Assembly: GCA_020073005.1 (NCBI GenBank)
Contig: JAIQFX010000044.1
Location: 20,878 to 84,877, forward strand
Length of the DNA stretch: 64,000 bases
Direction of reading: 5' to 3'
DNA from: Terriglobia bacterium
Lineage (GTDB): Bacteria > Acidobacteriota > Vicinamibacteria > Vicinamibacterales > CAVVIG01
Part shown: positions 1-10,270 of the stretch, one piece after another
Layout: the number at the start of each line of letters is the position of its first letter
Position numbering within the stretch: position 1 is the stretch's first letter
Made by a program: the position numbers and the translations under genes
Notes under the pieces: generated by a model
Told to the model about the DNA's origin: nothing
Database searches by the model: none
Seen by the model: the letters and a program-made list of their open reading frames with translations, nothing else

Positions 1-1
1 A

Positions 2-622
2 TGGCAAAGCATCGATTGCCTGATTTGCTGCGCGGGAATTCAAGGTCCGCTGGGCCCCGCGATGAAGATCAACGCGCAAGCGTGGAGCGAGAGCGTGGCG
101 ACCAATCTCCACGGCACGTTTAACACGCTGCTTGCACTGCACGAGTTGCTGTTGCGCACGGCGCGCCGGGCGAAAATAATCTGCTTTTCTGGCGGCGGCT
201 CGACGGCACCCCGCCCGTTCTTCACGCCATACGCGGTGGCCAAGGCAGGCATCGTTCGCATGGTCGAGAATCTCGCCCATGAATGGGCTGCGCTGCCGAT
301 CGATATCAATGCGCTTTCCCCAGGCGCGGTTAACACTCGAATGACCGATGAAGTACTAGCGGCAGGCCCCGCCGTGGTCGGACAGGTGGAATATAGAAAG
401 ACACTGGCGCAAAAACAAACCGGAGCCACGCCACTGGTAAAGGTCAGCGAAGTCAGCGACTTTCTACTTTCGCCGGCATCAGATGGTATTTCGGGCCGCC
501 TGGTCAGCGGACTCTGGGATCCCTATCACTCTCTGTCTGCAAAGCGGGAGCAACTACGAGAGTCCGACATCTATACGCTGCGGCGTATCGTACCGCAGGA
601 CCGCGGCCTGGATTGGAAATGA
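2..622 (+). CDS. SDR-family oxidoreductase, 5' end outside window
   Basis: Frame open from base 2 (..IDCLICCAGIQGPLG..), catalytic YAVAK, C-terminus SDIYTLRRIVPQDRGLDW shared with the SDR at 15142. Confidence 0.85.
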   Translation, partial: WQSIDCLICCAGIQGPLGPAMKINAQAWSESVATNLHGTFNTLLALHELLLRTARRAKIICFSGGGSTAPRPFFTPYAVAKAGIVRMVENLAHEWAALPIDINALSPGAVNTRMTDEVLAAGPAVVGQVEYRKTLAQKQTGATPLVKVSEVSDFLLSPASDGISGRLVSGLWDPYHSLSAKREQLRESDIYTLRRIVPQDRGLDWK

Positions 623-647
623 GGGGCAGGTCAATGCCACTGCCGTC

Positions 648-1820
648 ATGACGCTTGCCGCAGGTGCACAGGGGCCTGTGGCTGCACACCGGGACGTCCT
701 GGTGCTGATGACCGGTGCGTTCAGGCTCGGAGGCGGGATTGCGGCGTCGAATCGCCTCGTCCTCAAAGCGCTGTCCGACCCGGCACAGGGTGCGGCACGT
801 CTGACGGTCCTCGCCTTCAACGAGCCGATCGGCAGCAGAGCCGACGGTGCGTATCTCGATCTCTCCCGTAGCGACTGGCGCGCCTTTGGACGCAGGTATG
901 CAGCCTTCATCGCCGCTGCGTGGCGGCAGGCCCTCGGCCGTCAATGGGATCTGATTCTAGTCGACCACGTGGGGATCGCGTGCGCGCTCGCGCCGCTCGC
1001 GCGCCTGGGACTGTGTTCTTACGTTCTCATGTGTTACAGAGGCGAGCTGACGCCAAGCGATCTGTCGCCGCGACGCCGCGTCGCCCTCTTCGCGGCCACG
1101 CGCCGCATCGCAACGTCCGACGCTACCGCGGCGTACATCCGGGAACGTTTCCCGACACTGGACGCGGCGGTCAGCGAACTGGCGATCGATCCAGAAACCG
1201 CACTCGCGACACCACCGCAAACAACGACGCTCGTTCTCGCCAACGTCGCGGGGGAGCAACATCCCATCGGGCCCCGGATGGTGCTGTGCGTCGGACGGAT
1301 GGAGCGGACCCAGCGCCATAAGGGTCAGGACGTGCTGATCCGGGCGACGCCGGCGATCCTCCGGCGATTCCCTGACGCACAGATCGTTCTCGCAGGTGGC
1401 GGCGACTGGTACGACGAGCTTGCGCAGGTGGCGCGCGCCGAAGGCGTGTCGAGGTCGGTGTTCCTCACCGGCTTCGTCGCCACGGATCTGCGCGACGAAC
1501 TATACGGGCGTTGCGCTGTTTTCGCGATGCCGAGTCATGGGGAAGGTTTCGGGCTCGTGCACCTCGAAGCCATGCGCTGGAGCAAGCCATGTATCGGCGG
1601 CGCGCTCGATTCCGCGCGCGATCTCATCGTGGATGGTGAGACAGGAGTGCTCCTCGCCGACCCCCGGGATTCGGCTCTCGTGGCAAAGGCAATCGTCGAT
1701 CTGCTCTCCGATCCACAGCTCGCGGCGGCCTTCGGCGCCGGCGGACGACGACGTCTCGAGGAGCGCTATCTGTTCCCCCATTTCCAAGCACGCTTCTATC
1801 GCGCGCTTGGGTGGGCCTGA
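648..1820 (+). CDS. Glycosyltransferase family 4
   Basis: VGRM..HKGQD and EGFGLVHLEAM (E-x7-E) GT-B motifs; start moved from 483 to ATG 648. Confidence 0.88.
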   Translation: MTLAAGAQGPVAAHRDVLVLMTGAFRLGGGIAASNRLVLKALSDPAQGAARLTVLAFNEPIGSRADGAYLDLSRSDWRAFGRRYAAFIAAAWRQALGRQWDLILVDHVGIACALAPLARLGLCSYVLMCYRGELTPSDLSPRRRVALFAATRRIATSDATAAYIRERFPTLDAAVSELAIDPETALATPPQTTTLVLANVAGEQHPIGPRMVLCVGRMERTQRHKGQDVLIRATPAILRRFPDAQIVLAGGGDWYDELAQVARAEGVSRSVFLTGFVATDLRDELYGRCAVFAMPSHGEGFGLVHLEAMRWSKPCIGGALDSARDLIVDGETGVLLADPRDSALVAKAIVDLLSDPQLAAAFGAGGRRRLEERYLFPHFQARFYRALGWA

Positions 1821-1823
1821 GAG

Positions 1824-3035
1824 ATGCGGGTCGGAATCGATGCGTCGAACATTCGTGAGGGCGGCGGCGTGACGCACCTTTGCGAATTGCTCGCCGCGGC
1901 CGAGCCGTCGCGCGACGGCGTCTCTCGCGTCGTCGTCTGGGGCAGTCGCCGCACCCTCGACCTCTTGCCCGAGCGCCCCTGGCTCACACGCGAATGGGTG
2001 TCCGCACTCGATGGTGGACTCGTGGCGCGCGTGGGCTGGCAGCACCATCGATTGCACACGGCAGCGCGCGGCCGGTGCGACGCGCTGTTCATCCCTGGCG
2101 GAATGTACACAGGTCCGTGGCGACCGTTCGTGGCGATGTCGAGGAACCTGCTGCCGTTCGACGCGCGCGAACGCCGTCGCTACGGATGGTCGGCGGCGCG
2201 ACTTCGGTTGATGCTGCTCGCGCGCGCACAGACGTTCACGTTCCGGCGGGCATCGGGCGTGATCTTTCTCACGGAGGCCGCGCGCACGCGCGTGGAGGCG
2301 TCGACCGGCCCGTTGGATGCGTCTGTCGCCATCATCCCGCACGGAGTGTCGGAGCGCTTCCGGGCAGAGCCCAGGAAGCAAGAGCCCATCGAGGCGTACT
2401 CGATGGACCGTCCGTTTCGCTGGTTGTATGTGTCGAGCATCGATCGATACAAGCACCAGTGGCACGTCGCTGAGGCGGTGGCCGCGCTCCGCGCGCGAGG
2501 GATGCCGGTCACGCTGGACTTGTTCGGCGTCGCCGAGCCGACGGCGATGAGGCGCCTCGAATCTGTGATCCAGCGACTGGATCATGATGGTCGCTTCCTC
2601 TTCTATCGCGGCCCTATCCGGCACGAGGATTTGCCCGCCGCGTACCAGGCGGCGGATGGCTTTGTCTTCGCATCGAGCTGCGAGACGTTCGGCCAGATTC
2701 TGGTCGAGGCAATGGCCTCGGGTCTTCCCATCGCTTCGTCGGATCGCGCGGTCATGCCAGAGATGGCCGGCGACGCCTGCCGGTACTTCGATCCCGAACG
2801 CTCCGAAACGATCGCCGATGCCCTGGCAGGACTGATGACCACGCCCACTCTGCGCGATCGGAACGCATGGGCCGCCTACGAGCGGGCCAAAGCCTATTCG
2901 TGGCGGCGCTGCGCTGAGCAGACATTCGACTTCATCGTGTCGACGAGCGCCGGAGGTGTTCATTCCGCCCGGGCCGCCCCGCTATACTCGGAGCCGCAAT
3001 CACCCGACAGTCTCACATTTGAGAAGAACCATTGA
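1824..3035 (+). CDS. Glycosyltransferase family 4
   Basis: N-terminal MRVGIDA..GGGV, ETFGQILVEAMASGLP motif. Confidence 0.9.
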   Translation: MRVGIDASNIREGGGVTHLCELLAAAEPSRDGVSRVVVWGSRRTLDLLPERPWLTREWVSALDGGLVARVGWQHHRLHTAARGRCDALFIPGGMYTGPWRPFVAMSRNLLPFDARERRRYGWSAARLRLMLLARAQTFTFRRASGVIFLTEAARTRVEASTGPLDASVAIIPHGVSERFRAEPRKQEPIEAYSMDRPFRWLYVSSIDRYKHQWHVAEAVAALRARGMPVTLDLFGVAEPTAMRRLESVIQRLDHDGRFLFYRGPIRHEDLPAAYQAADGFVFASSCETFGQILVEAMASGLPIASSDRAVMPEMAGDACRYFDPERSETIADALAGLMTTPTLRDRNAWAAYERAKAYSWRRCAEQTFDFIVSTSAGGVHSARAAPLYSEPQSPDSLTFEKNH

Positions 3036-3042
3036 CCCCATC

Positions 3043-3957
3043 ATGAAGATTCTGATCACTGGGAGCAGAGGCTGCATCGGGCGCACGCTGGTCGCTGAGT
3101 TGGAGCGTCGCGGTCACGACGTCTGGGGCTGTGACCTTGCCCACGCGGGGCGCGCGAGGTACACCCGATGCGATGTCCGCGTGTATCGCCAGCTCGAGCG
3201 CCTCTTCGATGAGCACGCCTTCGAATATGTCTACAACCTTGCCGCCGAGTATGGCCGTTGGAACGGCGAGGACTACTACGAGAATCTCTGGACGAGCAAT
3301 GTCGTGGGCGCGAAGAACATCCTGCGGCTCCAGGAACGTCGCCGCTTTCGCCTGATCCAGTTCAGCAGCGCGGAGGTTTACGGCGACTACGACGGGCGCA
3401 TGGAAGAGTCCGTGATGGATACGGTGCCCCTCAAGCAGATGAACGACTACGCGATGACGAAGTGGGTGAACGAGATGCAAGTGCTGAACTCCGCCGCCAT
3501 GTTCGGCACCGAAAGCGTGCGGGTGCGGCCTGTGAACGTGTACGGGCCCGGCGAGGAATACACGCCGTACCGCGGGGTGGTGCCTGCCTTCATTCACAAG
3601 GCGCTCGCTCGGCAGCCCTATACGGTGTACCTCGGCCACAAGCGCATCTTTGACTATGTCGAGGACACCTGCCGCACGTTCGCCAACATCGTCGACAACT
3701 TCATCCCGGGCGAGGTCTATAACGTGGGCGGACCGCAGGAGTGGGAGCACGAAATCAAGTACCTTTCAGACCTCATCCTTGCCCATCTCGGTCTCGATGA
3801 TTCCCTCGTCACATACAAGGAAGCGGAACCGTTCACGACCCGCGTCAAGACCATCGATACCACCAAAGCCAAGCGGGATCTCCGGCACGAGTCCCGTATT
3901 GACATTGAGGTCGGCATCCCGCGGACCATCGACTGGATGAAAGCGCAGTCTCGCTGA
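3043..3957 (+). CDS. NAD-dependent NDP-sugar epimerase/dehydratase
   Basis: MKILITGSRGCIG Rossmann motif, SSAEVYG, YAMTK; start at ATG 3043. Confidence 0.88.
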   Translation: MKILITGSRGCIGRTLVAELERRGHDVWGCDLAHAGRARYTRCDVRVYRQLERLFDEHAFEYVYNLAAEYGRWNGEDYYENLWTSNVVGAKNILRLQERRRFRLIQFSSAEVYGDYDGRMEESVMDTVPLKQMNDYAMTKWVNEMQVLNSAAMFGTESVRVRPVNVYGPGEEYTPYRGVVPAFIHKALARQPYTVYLGHKRIFDYVEDTCRTFANIVDNFIPGEVYNVGGPQEWEHEIKYLSDLILAHLGLDDSLVTYKEAEPFTTRVKTIDTTKAKRDLRHESRIDIEVGIPRTIDWMKAQSR

Positions 3958-4985
3958 TGGCAATCTTCGATCCCTCGATGTATGACGGCGAGACGGTCCT
4001 CGTGACCGGCGGAGCAGGAGCCATCGGCAGCAATCTCACGCGCGCGCTGGCCGAGGCTGGCGCCCGCGTGATTGTGCTCGACGACCTCTCGTCTGGCGAG
4101 CGATGGAACGTGCCTTCACTGTCTCGAGTACTCTTTTCTGAAGGCAGCGTGCTCGACGAGGTGAAGCTCAAGCGCGTCTTCTTCGAGCGTCCCGCCATTG
4201 TTTTTCATCTCGCAGCCTTTTTCGCAAACCAGAACAGCGTAGACCATCCCGAGCACGACCTCATGGTCAACGGGCTGGGCACCCTCCGGCTTCTGCAGTA
4301 CTCGGCGCTGGCGGGAGTGGAGCGCTTCGTGTACGCGTCCTCGGGTTGTTCGATCTACGGGAGCGCTGCGCCGTTGCCACTTCGCGAGGAGTTTACGTCG
4401 CTCCATCTGAGTTCCCCCTACCAGATAACCAAGATGCTCGGCGAGCTCTACGCGAACTTCTTCCAGCATCACTACGATCTCAAAGTGGTGAAGCCGCGGT
4501 TCTTCAACTCCTATGGTCCTGGAGAAATCCCCGGCCAGTACCGCAACGTCATCCCCAACTTCATCTACTGGGCCATGCGCGGGGAGCCGCTGCCCATCAC
4601 CGGTTCCGGCGAGGAGACGCGTGACTTCACCTTCGTGGGCGACATCGTGAACGGGCTCCTGCGCGCGGGAGTCATGGAGAGCGCGGTCGGGCAGGAGTTC
4701 AATCTCGCCTCGGGACGGGAAACGCGGATCGTTGATGTGGCCAACTTGATCCTCGCCGCCACCGGCAGCAAGGCCGGCATCCGCTTCGCGGAGCGTCGGA
4801 AGTGGGACACGAAGAGCCGTCTGCTCGCTTCGATCGATCGCGCCCGCACCGTCATTGGTTACGATCCCCGTACGACGTTCGAGACGGGGCTCGAGCGGAC
4901 CGTACAGTGGTTCCGCGATCACCGCGAACGGATTGACGCGGCAGCCCGCTTCGGCCCCGGCGCTTCGTCCGCGGTGAGGAGCTGA
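3957..4985 (+). CDS. NAD-dependent NDP-sugar epimerase/dehydratase
   Basis: TGGAGAIG, YQITK, RFFNSYGP, RDFTFV; start overlaps upstream stop. Confidence 0.9.
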   Translation: MAIFDPSMYDGETVLVTGGAGAIGSNLTRALAEAGARVIVLDDLSSGERWNVPSLSRVLFSEGSVLDEVKLKRVFFERPAIVFHLAAFFANQNSVDHPEHDLMVNGLGTLRLLQYSALAGVERFVYASSGCSIYGSAAPLPLREEFTSLHLSSPYQITKMLGELYANFFQHHYDLKVVKPRFFNSYGPGEIPGQYRNVIPNFIYWAMRGEPLPITGSGEETRDFTFVGDIVNGLLRAGVMESAVGQEFNLASGRETRIVDVANLILAATGSKAGIRFAERRKWDTKSRLLASIDRARTVIGYDPRTTFETGLERTVQWFRDHRERIDAAARFGPGASSAVRS

Positions 4986-4989
4986 GCCG

Positions 4990-6090
4990 ATAATCTCCGT
5001 CCTTGCCGTGTTCGGCACGCGGCCCGAAGCGATCAAGCTGGCGCCGGTGATCCTCGAGCTGCGCCGACACTCCGACGTCGTGCGCACTGCCGTCTGCGTC
5101 ACCGCTCAGCACCGCGAGATGCTCGATCCCGTGCTGACGTGGTTCGACATCGTTCCCGACTACGACCTCAATCTCATGCAGCCAGACCAGAGCCTGGCCG
5201 GCTTTGCGAGCCGCTCGCTCATCGCCATCGACGATGTGCTGGAGAAAGCGCGGCCGGACGTAGTGCTCGTCCAGGGCGACACCACAACCGTAGTGACGGC
5301 TGCGCTGGCCGCCTTCTACCGGCGCATCCCCGTGGGTCATGTGGAGGCCGGGTTGCGCACTGGCGACAACGAAAATCCGTTTCCCGAGGAGATGAACAGG
5401 CGGATGGCCGGGGTGCTCGCCGTCCACCATTTCGCGCCCACCGAGCGGGCGGCGGCGGCCCTGCGCGCCGAGCGCGTGCCCGAGCATCACATCCATGTCA
5501 CGGGCAACACGGTGGTGGACGCGCTTCTCATGACGGTGGCGCGCCCCGTGCCGCTCGACTTCGACTTCGACCCCGCAGAGGGACGGATGATTCTCGTTAC
5601 CGGCCACCGCCGCGAGAGTTTCGGGGCACCGCTCGAATCGATCTGTCACGCTCTCGTTGACATCGCCGCTCGTCATCCCGACGTGCGGATCGTCTATCCT
5701 GTTCACCTCAATCCCAACGTTCGGGGCCCGGTGCAGCGCCTGCTCGCGGGTCGGGAACGCATCCACCTGATCCCGCCCCAGCGCTACGAGATTTTTGCCG
5801 CGCTCATGAAGCGCGCGTATCTCATTCTCACCGACTCCGGCGGTATCCAGGAGGAGGCCCCTGTTCTCGGCAAGCCGGTCCTTGTCTTGCGAGACACGAC
5901 CGAGCGATCGGAAGCCGTCGAAGCGGGCACTGCACGCCTGGTCGGCACCGATCGCGCGCGCATCGTCGCTGAGACGGAACGACTGCTTACTGACGAGCGT
6001 GCCTATCGCTCCATGGCCACCGCGGGCAGCCCGTTCGGTGACGGCCGCGCGGCCGAGCGCATCGTGAACATCCTGCTCGCCGCCGAGTGA
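4990..6090 (+). CDS. wecB: UDP-N-acetylglucosamine 2-epimerase (non-hydrolysing)
   Basis: FGTRPEAIK, VQGDT, HVEAGLRT, PFPEEMNR, TDSGGIQEEAP, SPFGDG; start is ATA 4990 (see finding) or GTG 5008. Confidence 0.93.
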   Translation: MISVLAVFGTRPEAIKLAPVILELRRHSDVVRTAVCVTAQHREMLDPVLTWFDIVPDYDLNLMQPDQSLAGFASRSLIAIDDVLEKARPDVVLVQGDTTTVVTAALAAFYRRIPVGHVEAGLRTGDNENPFPEEMNRRMAGVLAVHHFAPTERAAAALRAERVPEHHIHVTGNTVVDALLMTVARPVPLDFDFDPAEGRMILVTGHRRESFGAPLESICHALVDIAARHPDVRIVYPVHLNPNVRGPVQRLLAGRERIHLIPPQRYEIFAALMKRAYLILTDSGGIQEEAPVLGKPVLVLRDTTERSEAVEAGTARLVGTDRARIVAETERLLTDERAYRSMATAGSPFGDGRAAERIVNILLAAE

Positions 6091-7346
6091 ACGACGTGAC
6101 GGTTCGGCGGATGCGCGTCGCAATCCTGTCGCAGACCTACTTTCCTGAGCCGGACCCGAAAATGCAGATCCTCGCCGCGGGCCTCGTCGAGCGCGGCCAC
6201 ACGGTGACGACGATCACCGCGTTTCCGAACTACCCGGCAGGCAAGATCTATCCCGGCTACCGCCAGCGACCTTGGCAGCGCGAGAAGATCGACGGGGTGG
6301 AAGTCGTCCGCTTGCCCATCTATCCGGATCGAAGCCGCTCGCCCATCCGGCGCTCGGCAAACTATCTGAGCTTCCCCGCCGTGGCGTCCCTGCTCGGCCC
6401 AGTCCTCAGCGGCCCCATGGACGTCTTACTCGTCTACCACCCGCCGCTCACTCTCGGCATCCCCGCCTGGATCATCAGCCGCCTCAGACGCGCGCCGTTC
6501 GTGTTCGAGATCCAGGATATGTGGCCGGAGACGCTGCCAGCGACCGGCATGGTCGACAATGCCGCCGTACTCGGGGCTCTAGCTCGCCTGGGGACGTTCG
6601 TGTATCGGAAGGCGGCGGCCATCACGGTGATCTCGCCAGGATTTCGGAAAAATCTCATCGACAAGGGCGTTGCCGTCGGCAAGATCCATGTGTTCCCCAA
6701 CTGGGCGTACGAAGGCATGTACGAGACCGTCGCGCGCGACGACTCACTGGCGCGGGAGTTCGGCTTGGCGGGGCGCTTCAACGTGATGTATGCGGGGAAC
6801 TTCGGGCCGGCCCAGGATCTGGACAACGTGCTAAAGGCGGCCGTCCTGCTCCGCGATCTCCCCGAGGTTCAGTTCGTCCTTCTCGGCGACGGTGTCGAGC
6901 AAGCCGACCTTGAAACCGCGGCGCGGACGCGCGGTATCACGAACGTCCGCTTCATCCCGCGGCAGCCCATGCGAGACATGCCGTCGTGGTATGCATGGGC
7001 CGACGCGTTGCTCGTGCATCTTCGGGACGACCCGCTATTCGCCATCACCATTCCTGGCAAGACGCAGTCCTCGCTCGCGAGTGGCCGGCCGGTGATTGCC
7101 TGCGTGCGAGGCGATGCCGCCGATCTCGTGCTGGAGGCGGACGCCGGGCTGGCGGCTGAACCATCCAATCCAAAGTCCCTCGCCGACGCCGTACGTCGCA
7201 TGCGCGGCCTTTCCGAGGAACAGCGAGCGGTGCTGGGAGCGGCTGGCCGTCGGTACTACCGTGAGCACCTTGCGCCCGACGTGCTCATCGGTCGCTACGA
7301 GCGCCTGCTGGCCGATGTGGTCACGGCCGCGGCGGCGGCGCGGTGA
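6087..7346 (+). CDS. Glycosyltransferase family 4, WbuB-like
   Basis: TAFPNYPAG, EIQDMWPE, YAGNFG..QDL, TIPGK motifs. Confidence 0.88.
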   Translation: MNDVTVRRMRVAILSQTYFPEPDPKMQILAAGLVERGHTVTTITAFPNYPAGKIYPGYRQRPWQREKIDGVEVVRLPIYPDRSRSPIRRSANYLSFPAVASLLGPVLSGPMDVLLVYHPPLTLGIPAWIISRLRRAPFVFEIQDMWPETLPATGMVDNAAVLGALARLGTFVYRKAAAITVISPGFRKNLIDKGVAVGKIHVFPNWAYEGMYETVARDDSLAREFGLAGRFNVMYAGNFGPAQDLDNVLKAAVLLRDLPEVQFVLLGDGVEQADLETAARTRGITNVRFIPRQPMRDMPSWYAWADALLVHLRDDPLFAITIPGKTQSSLASGRPVIACVRGDAADLVLEADAGLAAEPSNPKSLADAVRRMRGLSEEQRAVLGAAGRRYYREHLAPDVLIGRYERLLADVVTAAAAAR

Positions 7347-7389
7347 CCGAGCGCCAGTAATTCTCCGAAAGCCCATCGCAGAAGACTCG

Positions 7390-8214
7390 ATGTCTCAGCG
7401 GATCGAAGATTTCAAAGAGCTGGCCCGGCATGTTCGGCTGACGGCCGTCAGGATGACCCACGCTGCACCCAGCGCTCACGTCGGAGGCTCATTGTCGATG
7501 GCCGACCTCCTGGCGGTGCTCTATGCGGGCATACTCCGCGTGGACGCCGCCAATCCGATGTGGGAGGAGCGGGACCGATTCATTCTCAGCAAGGGGCACG
7601 CTTGCGCCGGACTCTATGCCGTTCTTTCCAAGAGGGGGTTCTTTCCGGAGACGTGGTTGGAGTCCTTCTATAAGGACGGCGGGAAGCTATTCGGGCACGC
7701 GACGCACACCGGGGTCCCCGGTATTGAAGTCTCCACGGGCTCGCTAGGCCACGGCCTTTCGATCGCGTGCGGTATGGCCCTCGCGGCCAGAATCGACGGC
7801 CGCAAGCACCGCGTGTATTGCATGCTCAGCGATGGCGAGTGCGACGAGGGCTCGACCTGGGAGGCGGCGCTCTTCGCCGGACACCACGGCCTGGACAATC
7901 TCGTGGTCATCGTGGACTACAACCGGATCCAGAGCCTGGGGCATACGAAAGATGTCCTGGATCTGGATCCCCTAGCCCAGAAGTGGAGAAGCTTCCGCTG
8001 GGCCGCCCGCGAAGTCGACGGCCATGATGTCAGGTTGATCGACGAAACACTTCAGGAGGTTCCCTTCGAAGTCGGCAGGCCTTCCTGCGTGATCGCTCAC
8101 ACCGTCAAGGGCAAAGGCGTGAGCTTCATGGAAGACAAGTTGCTCTGGCATTATCGAAACCCGTCGATCGAAGAGTACGCCGCAGCAGTGGCTGAGCTCG
8201 AGAGGAAGAGTTGA
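7390..8214 (+). CDS. Transketolase, N-terminal (ThDP-binding) subunit
   Basis: HVGGSLS, DRFILSKGH, STGSLGHG, SDGECDEG..DYN ThDP motif, HTVKGKG; ATG 7390. Confidence 0.92.
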   Translation: MSQRIEDFKELARHVRLTAVRMTHAAPSAHVGGSLSMADLLAVLYAGILRVDAANPMWEERDRFILSKGHACAGLYAVLSKRGFFPETWLESFYKDGGKLFGHATHTGVPGIEVSTGSLGHGLSIACGMALAARIDGRKHRVYCMLSDGECDEGSTWEAALFAGHHGLDNLVVIVDYNRIQSLGHTKDVLDLDPLAQKWRSFRWAAREVDGHDVRLIDETLQEVPFEVGRPSCVIAHTVKGKGVSFMEDKLLWHYRNPSIEEYAAAVAELERKS

Positions 8215-9137
8215 GGACCGCGTTCATCAACGCCCTCGAGGAACTCGCGGCCGAAGACCCTCGCATCACTTTGCTCACCGGAGATCTCGGCTTCTCGGTC
8301 TTTGAGCCCTTCATTGCGAGGTTTCCCAGGCAGTTCCTCAATTGCGGCGTCGCCGAACAGAACATGACCGGCGTAGCGGCGGGCATGGCGCTTTCCGGGA
8401 AGGTTGTGTTCACGTACAGCATCGGCAATTTCTCCACCCTGCGCTGCCTGGAACAGATCCGCAACGATGCGTGCTATCACGGGGCCAATGTCAAAGTGGT
8501 GAGCGTGGGTGCGGGTCTCGCGTACGGGCCGCTGGGCAGTTCGCACCACGCCCTGGAAGACCTCGCTATCCTGCGCGCTCTTCCTGAAATGACGGTCGTT
8601 GCTCCCGGAGATCCGATCGAAGCCGCTGCAGCCACGAGGGCGCTTGTCAGCCATGACGGTCCTTGTTACCTGCGGCTCGGCAAGTCGGGAGAGCCGCGCG
8701 TACATGCTGAAGTCCCGGACTTCGCTCTCGGACGGGCCATTCGCGTGAGCGACGGCAACGATCTGACGCTGATCGCCACGGGAACGACACTGAAGGCCTG
8801 CTGTGATGCCGCCGCGAAGCTGAGCGCTGAAGGAACGTCAGTCAGGCTCTTGAGCATGCACACGATCAAGCCGCTCGACGTCGAGGCCGTCCGCCGGGCG
8901 GCGAAGGAGACGAGCGCCATCGTGACGGTCGAGGAGCACAGCGTTACCGGAGGATTGGGCGGGGCGGTCGCCGAGGTTCTGGCTCAGTCCGACGGAAGGC
9001 GAGTTCCCTTTCTCATCATGGGCGTTCGTAGTGGATTCTGTCGCGTGGTCGGAAGCCAGGAATATCTCAAGGCGCAGTGCGGGCTGACGGTCGACGACAT
9101 CGTCGTCAACGCGAACCGACTGATTCGCCGACTATGA
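8211..9137 (+). CDS. Transketolase, C-terminal (pyrimidine-binding) subunit
   Basis: GVAEQNM, EQIRND, HHALED, VEEHSVTGGLG; TTG start overlapping upstream stop. Confidence 0.92.
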   Translation: MRTAFINALEELAAEDPRITLLTGDLGFSVFEPFIARFPRQFLNCGVAEQNMTGVAAGMALSGKVVFTYSIGNFSTLRCLEQIRNDACYHGANVKVVSVGAGLAYGPLGSSHHALEDLAILRALPEMTVVAPGDPIEAAAATRALVSHDGPCYLRLGKSGEPRVHAEVPDFALGRAIRVSDGNDLTLIATGTTLKACCDAAAKLSAEGTSVRLLSMHTIKPLDVEAVRRAAKETSAIVTVEEHSVTGGLGGAVAEVLAQSDGRRVPFLIMGVRSGFCRVVGSQEYLKAQCGLTVDDIVVNANRLIRRL

Positions 9138-10264
9138 GTGTAAGAAGAGACACTGTGGAAAGGAAGACCGTCAAGTTCGTCGTTCCCTCACGGACTTATT
9201 CCGCCCTGAAGGAAGAACTGGACGCCGTCTATTTCGACGTGATGGCCAAAGGTGCTCTGATCGACCGCGAGCATCTCAAGAACTTCGAGGCGAACCTCGC
9301 GAACTTTGTAGGTACCAAATACGCCGTGGGCCTCAATAGCGGCTACGATGCCTTGCACGTGTCGTTGCGCGCTGCCGGCATTGGCCCCGGCGACGAAGTG
9401 ATTGTTCCGGCCCACACCTTCGTGGCCACTTGCTCTGCGGTGGTCAACGCCGGCGCGACGCCCGTCCTTGTCGATGTGGCTGACGACTTTAACATCGACG
9501 TCACGAAGATTGAGCCGGCGATCACTAGCGAGACACGCGGCATCATTCCAGTGCACCTGAGCGGCTGGATGGCAGACATGCCAGCGCTGATGACGATTGC
9601 GCGGAAACACGACTTGGTGGTGGTCGAAGACGCTTGTCAGAGTCTTGGCAGCAGCATCAACGGCAAAGGTGCCGGATCGTGGGGTCTGACCGGTTGCTGG
9701 AGCTTCTACCCCTTCAAGATCTTAGGCGGTTACGGCGACGGTGGGGCTATCACGACCAATGACGAAGAAGTGGCGCTCTACGCACGGCGGATGCGCTACA
9801 ACGGCGAGGACCGCAAGACCGGCGAGTATCACGGACATGGATTCACGTGCCTGCTCGACAACTTGCAGGCGGCGTTTCTCGACGTCAAACTGCGGCACTT
9901 GCCGTCATCGATCGTGCGCCGCAAGGCCATCGCCGGACGTTACCGTGACGCGTTATCCGACCTTTCTGATCTGACGCTGCCGCACTACACAAGGCCTGGG
10001 TTCGATCATGTTTACCAGAACTATACGGTGCGATCCAGGCAAGGGAACGCCTTTTCCGAATACATGAAGATGAACGGCGTGGAAGTTCTCACGCAGTTCC
10101 GCAAGCCTTACTATCGCCACGCGGCGCTGAAGCTGGTCGACCGAGGTTTTCCGGTGACCGAAGCGATTAGCCGCGAAGTGTGCTCGCTGCCGATGGCGGT
10201 CGAAACTGCAGACGATGAGGTCGAGTACGTGATCCAGGTGGCGCGGGCGTTCTACGGGAAGTAA
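9134..10264 (+). CDS. DegT/DnrJ/EryC1/StrS sugar aminotransferase
   Basis: GIGPGDEVIVP, EDACQ, SFYPFKILG (PLP lysine), GDGGAI. Confidence 0.92.
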   Translation: MSVRRDTVERKTVKFVVPSRTYSALKEELDAVYFDVMAKGALIDREHLKNFEANLANFVGTKYAVGLNSGYDALHVSLRAAGIGPGDEVIVPAHTFVATCSAVVNAGATPVLVDVADDFNIDVTKIEPAITSETRGIIPVHLSGWMADMPALMTIARKHDLVVVEDACQSLGSSINGKGAGSWGLTGCWSFYPFKILGGYGDGGAITTNDEEVALYARRMRYNGEDRKTGEYHGHGFTCLLDNLQAAFLDVKLRHLPSSIVRRKAIAGRYRDALSDLSDLTLPHYTRPGFDHVYQNYTVRSRQGNAFSEYMKMNGVEVLTQFRKPYYRHAALKLVDRGFPVTEAISREVCSLPMAVETADDEVEYVIQVARAFYGK

Positions 10265-10270
10265 ACACGG

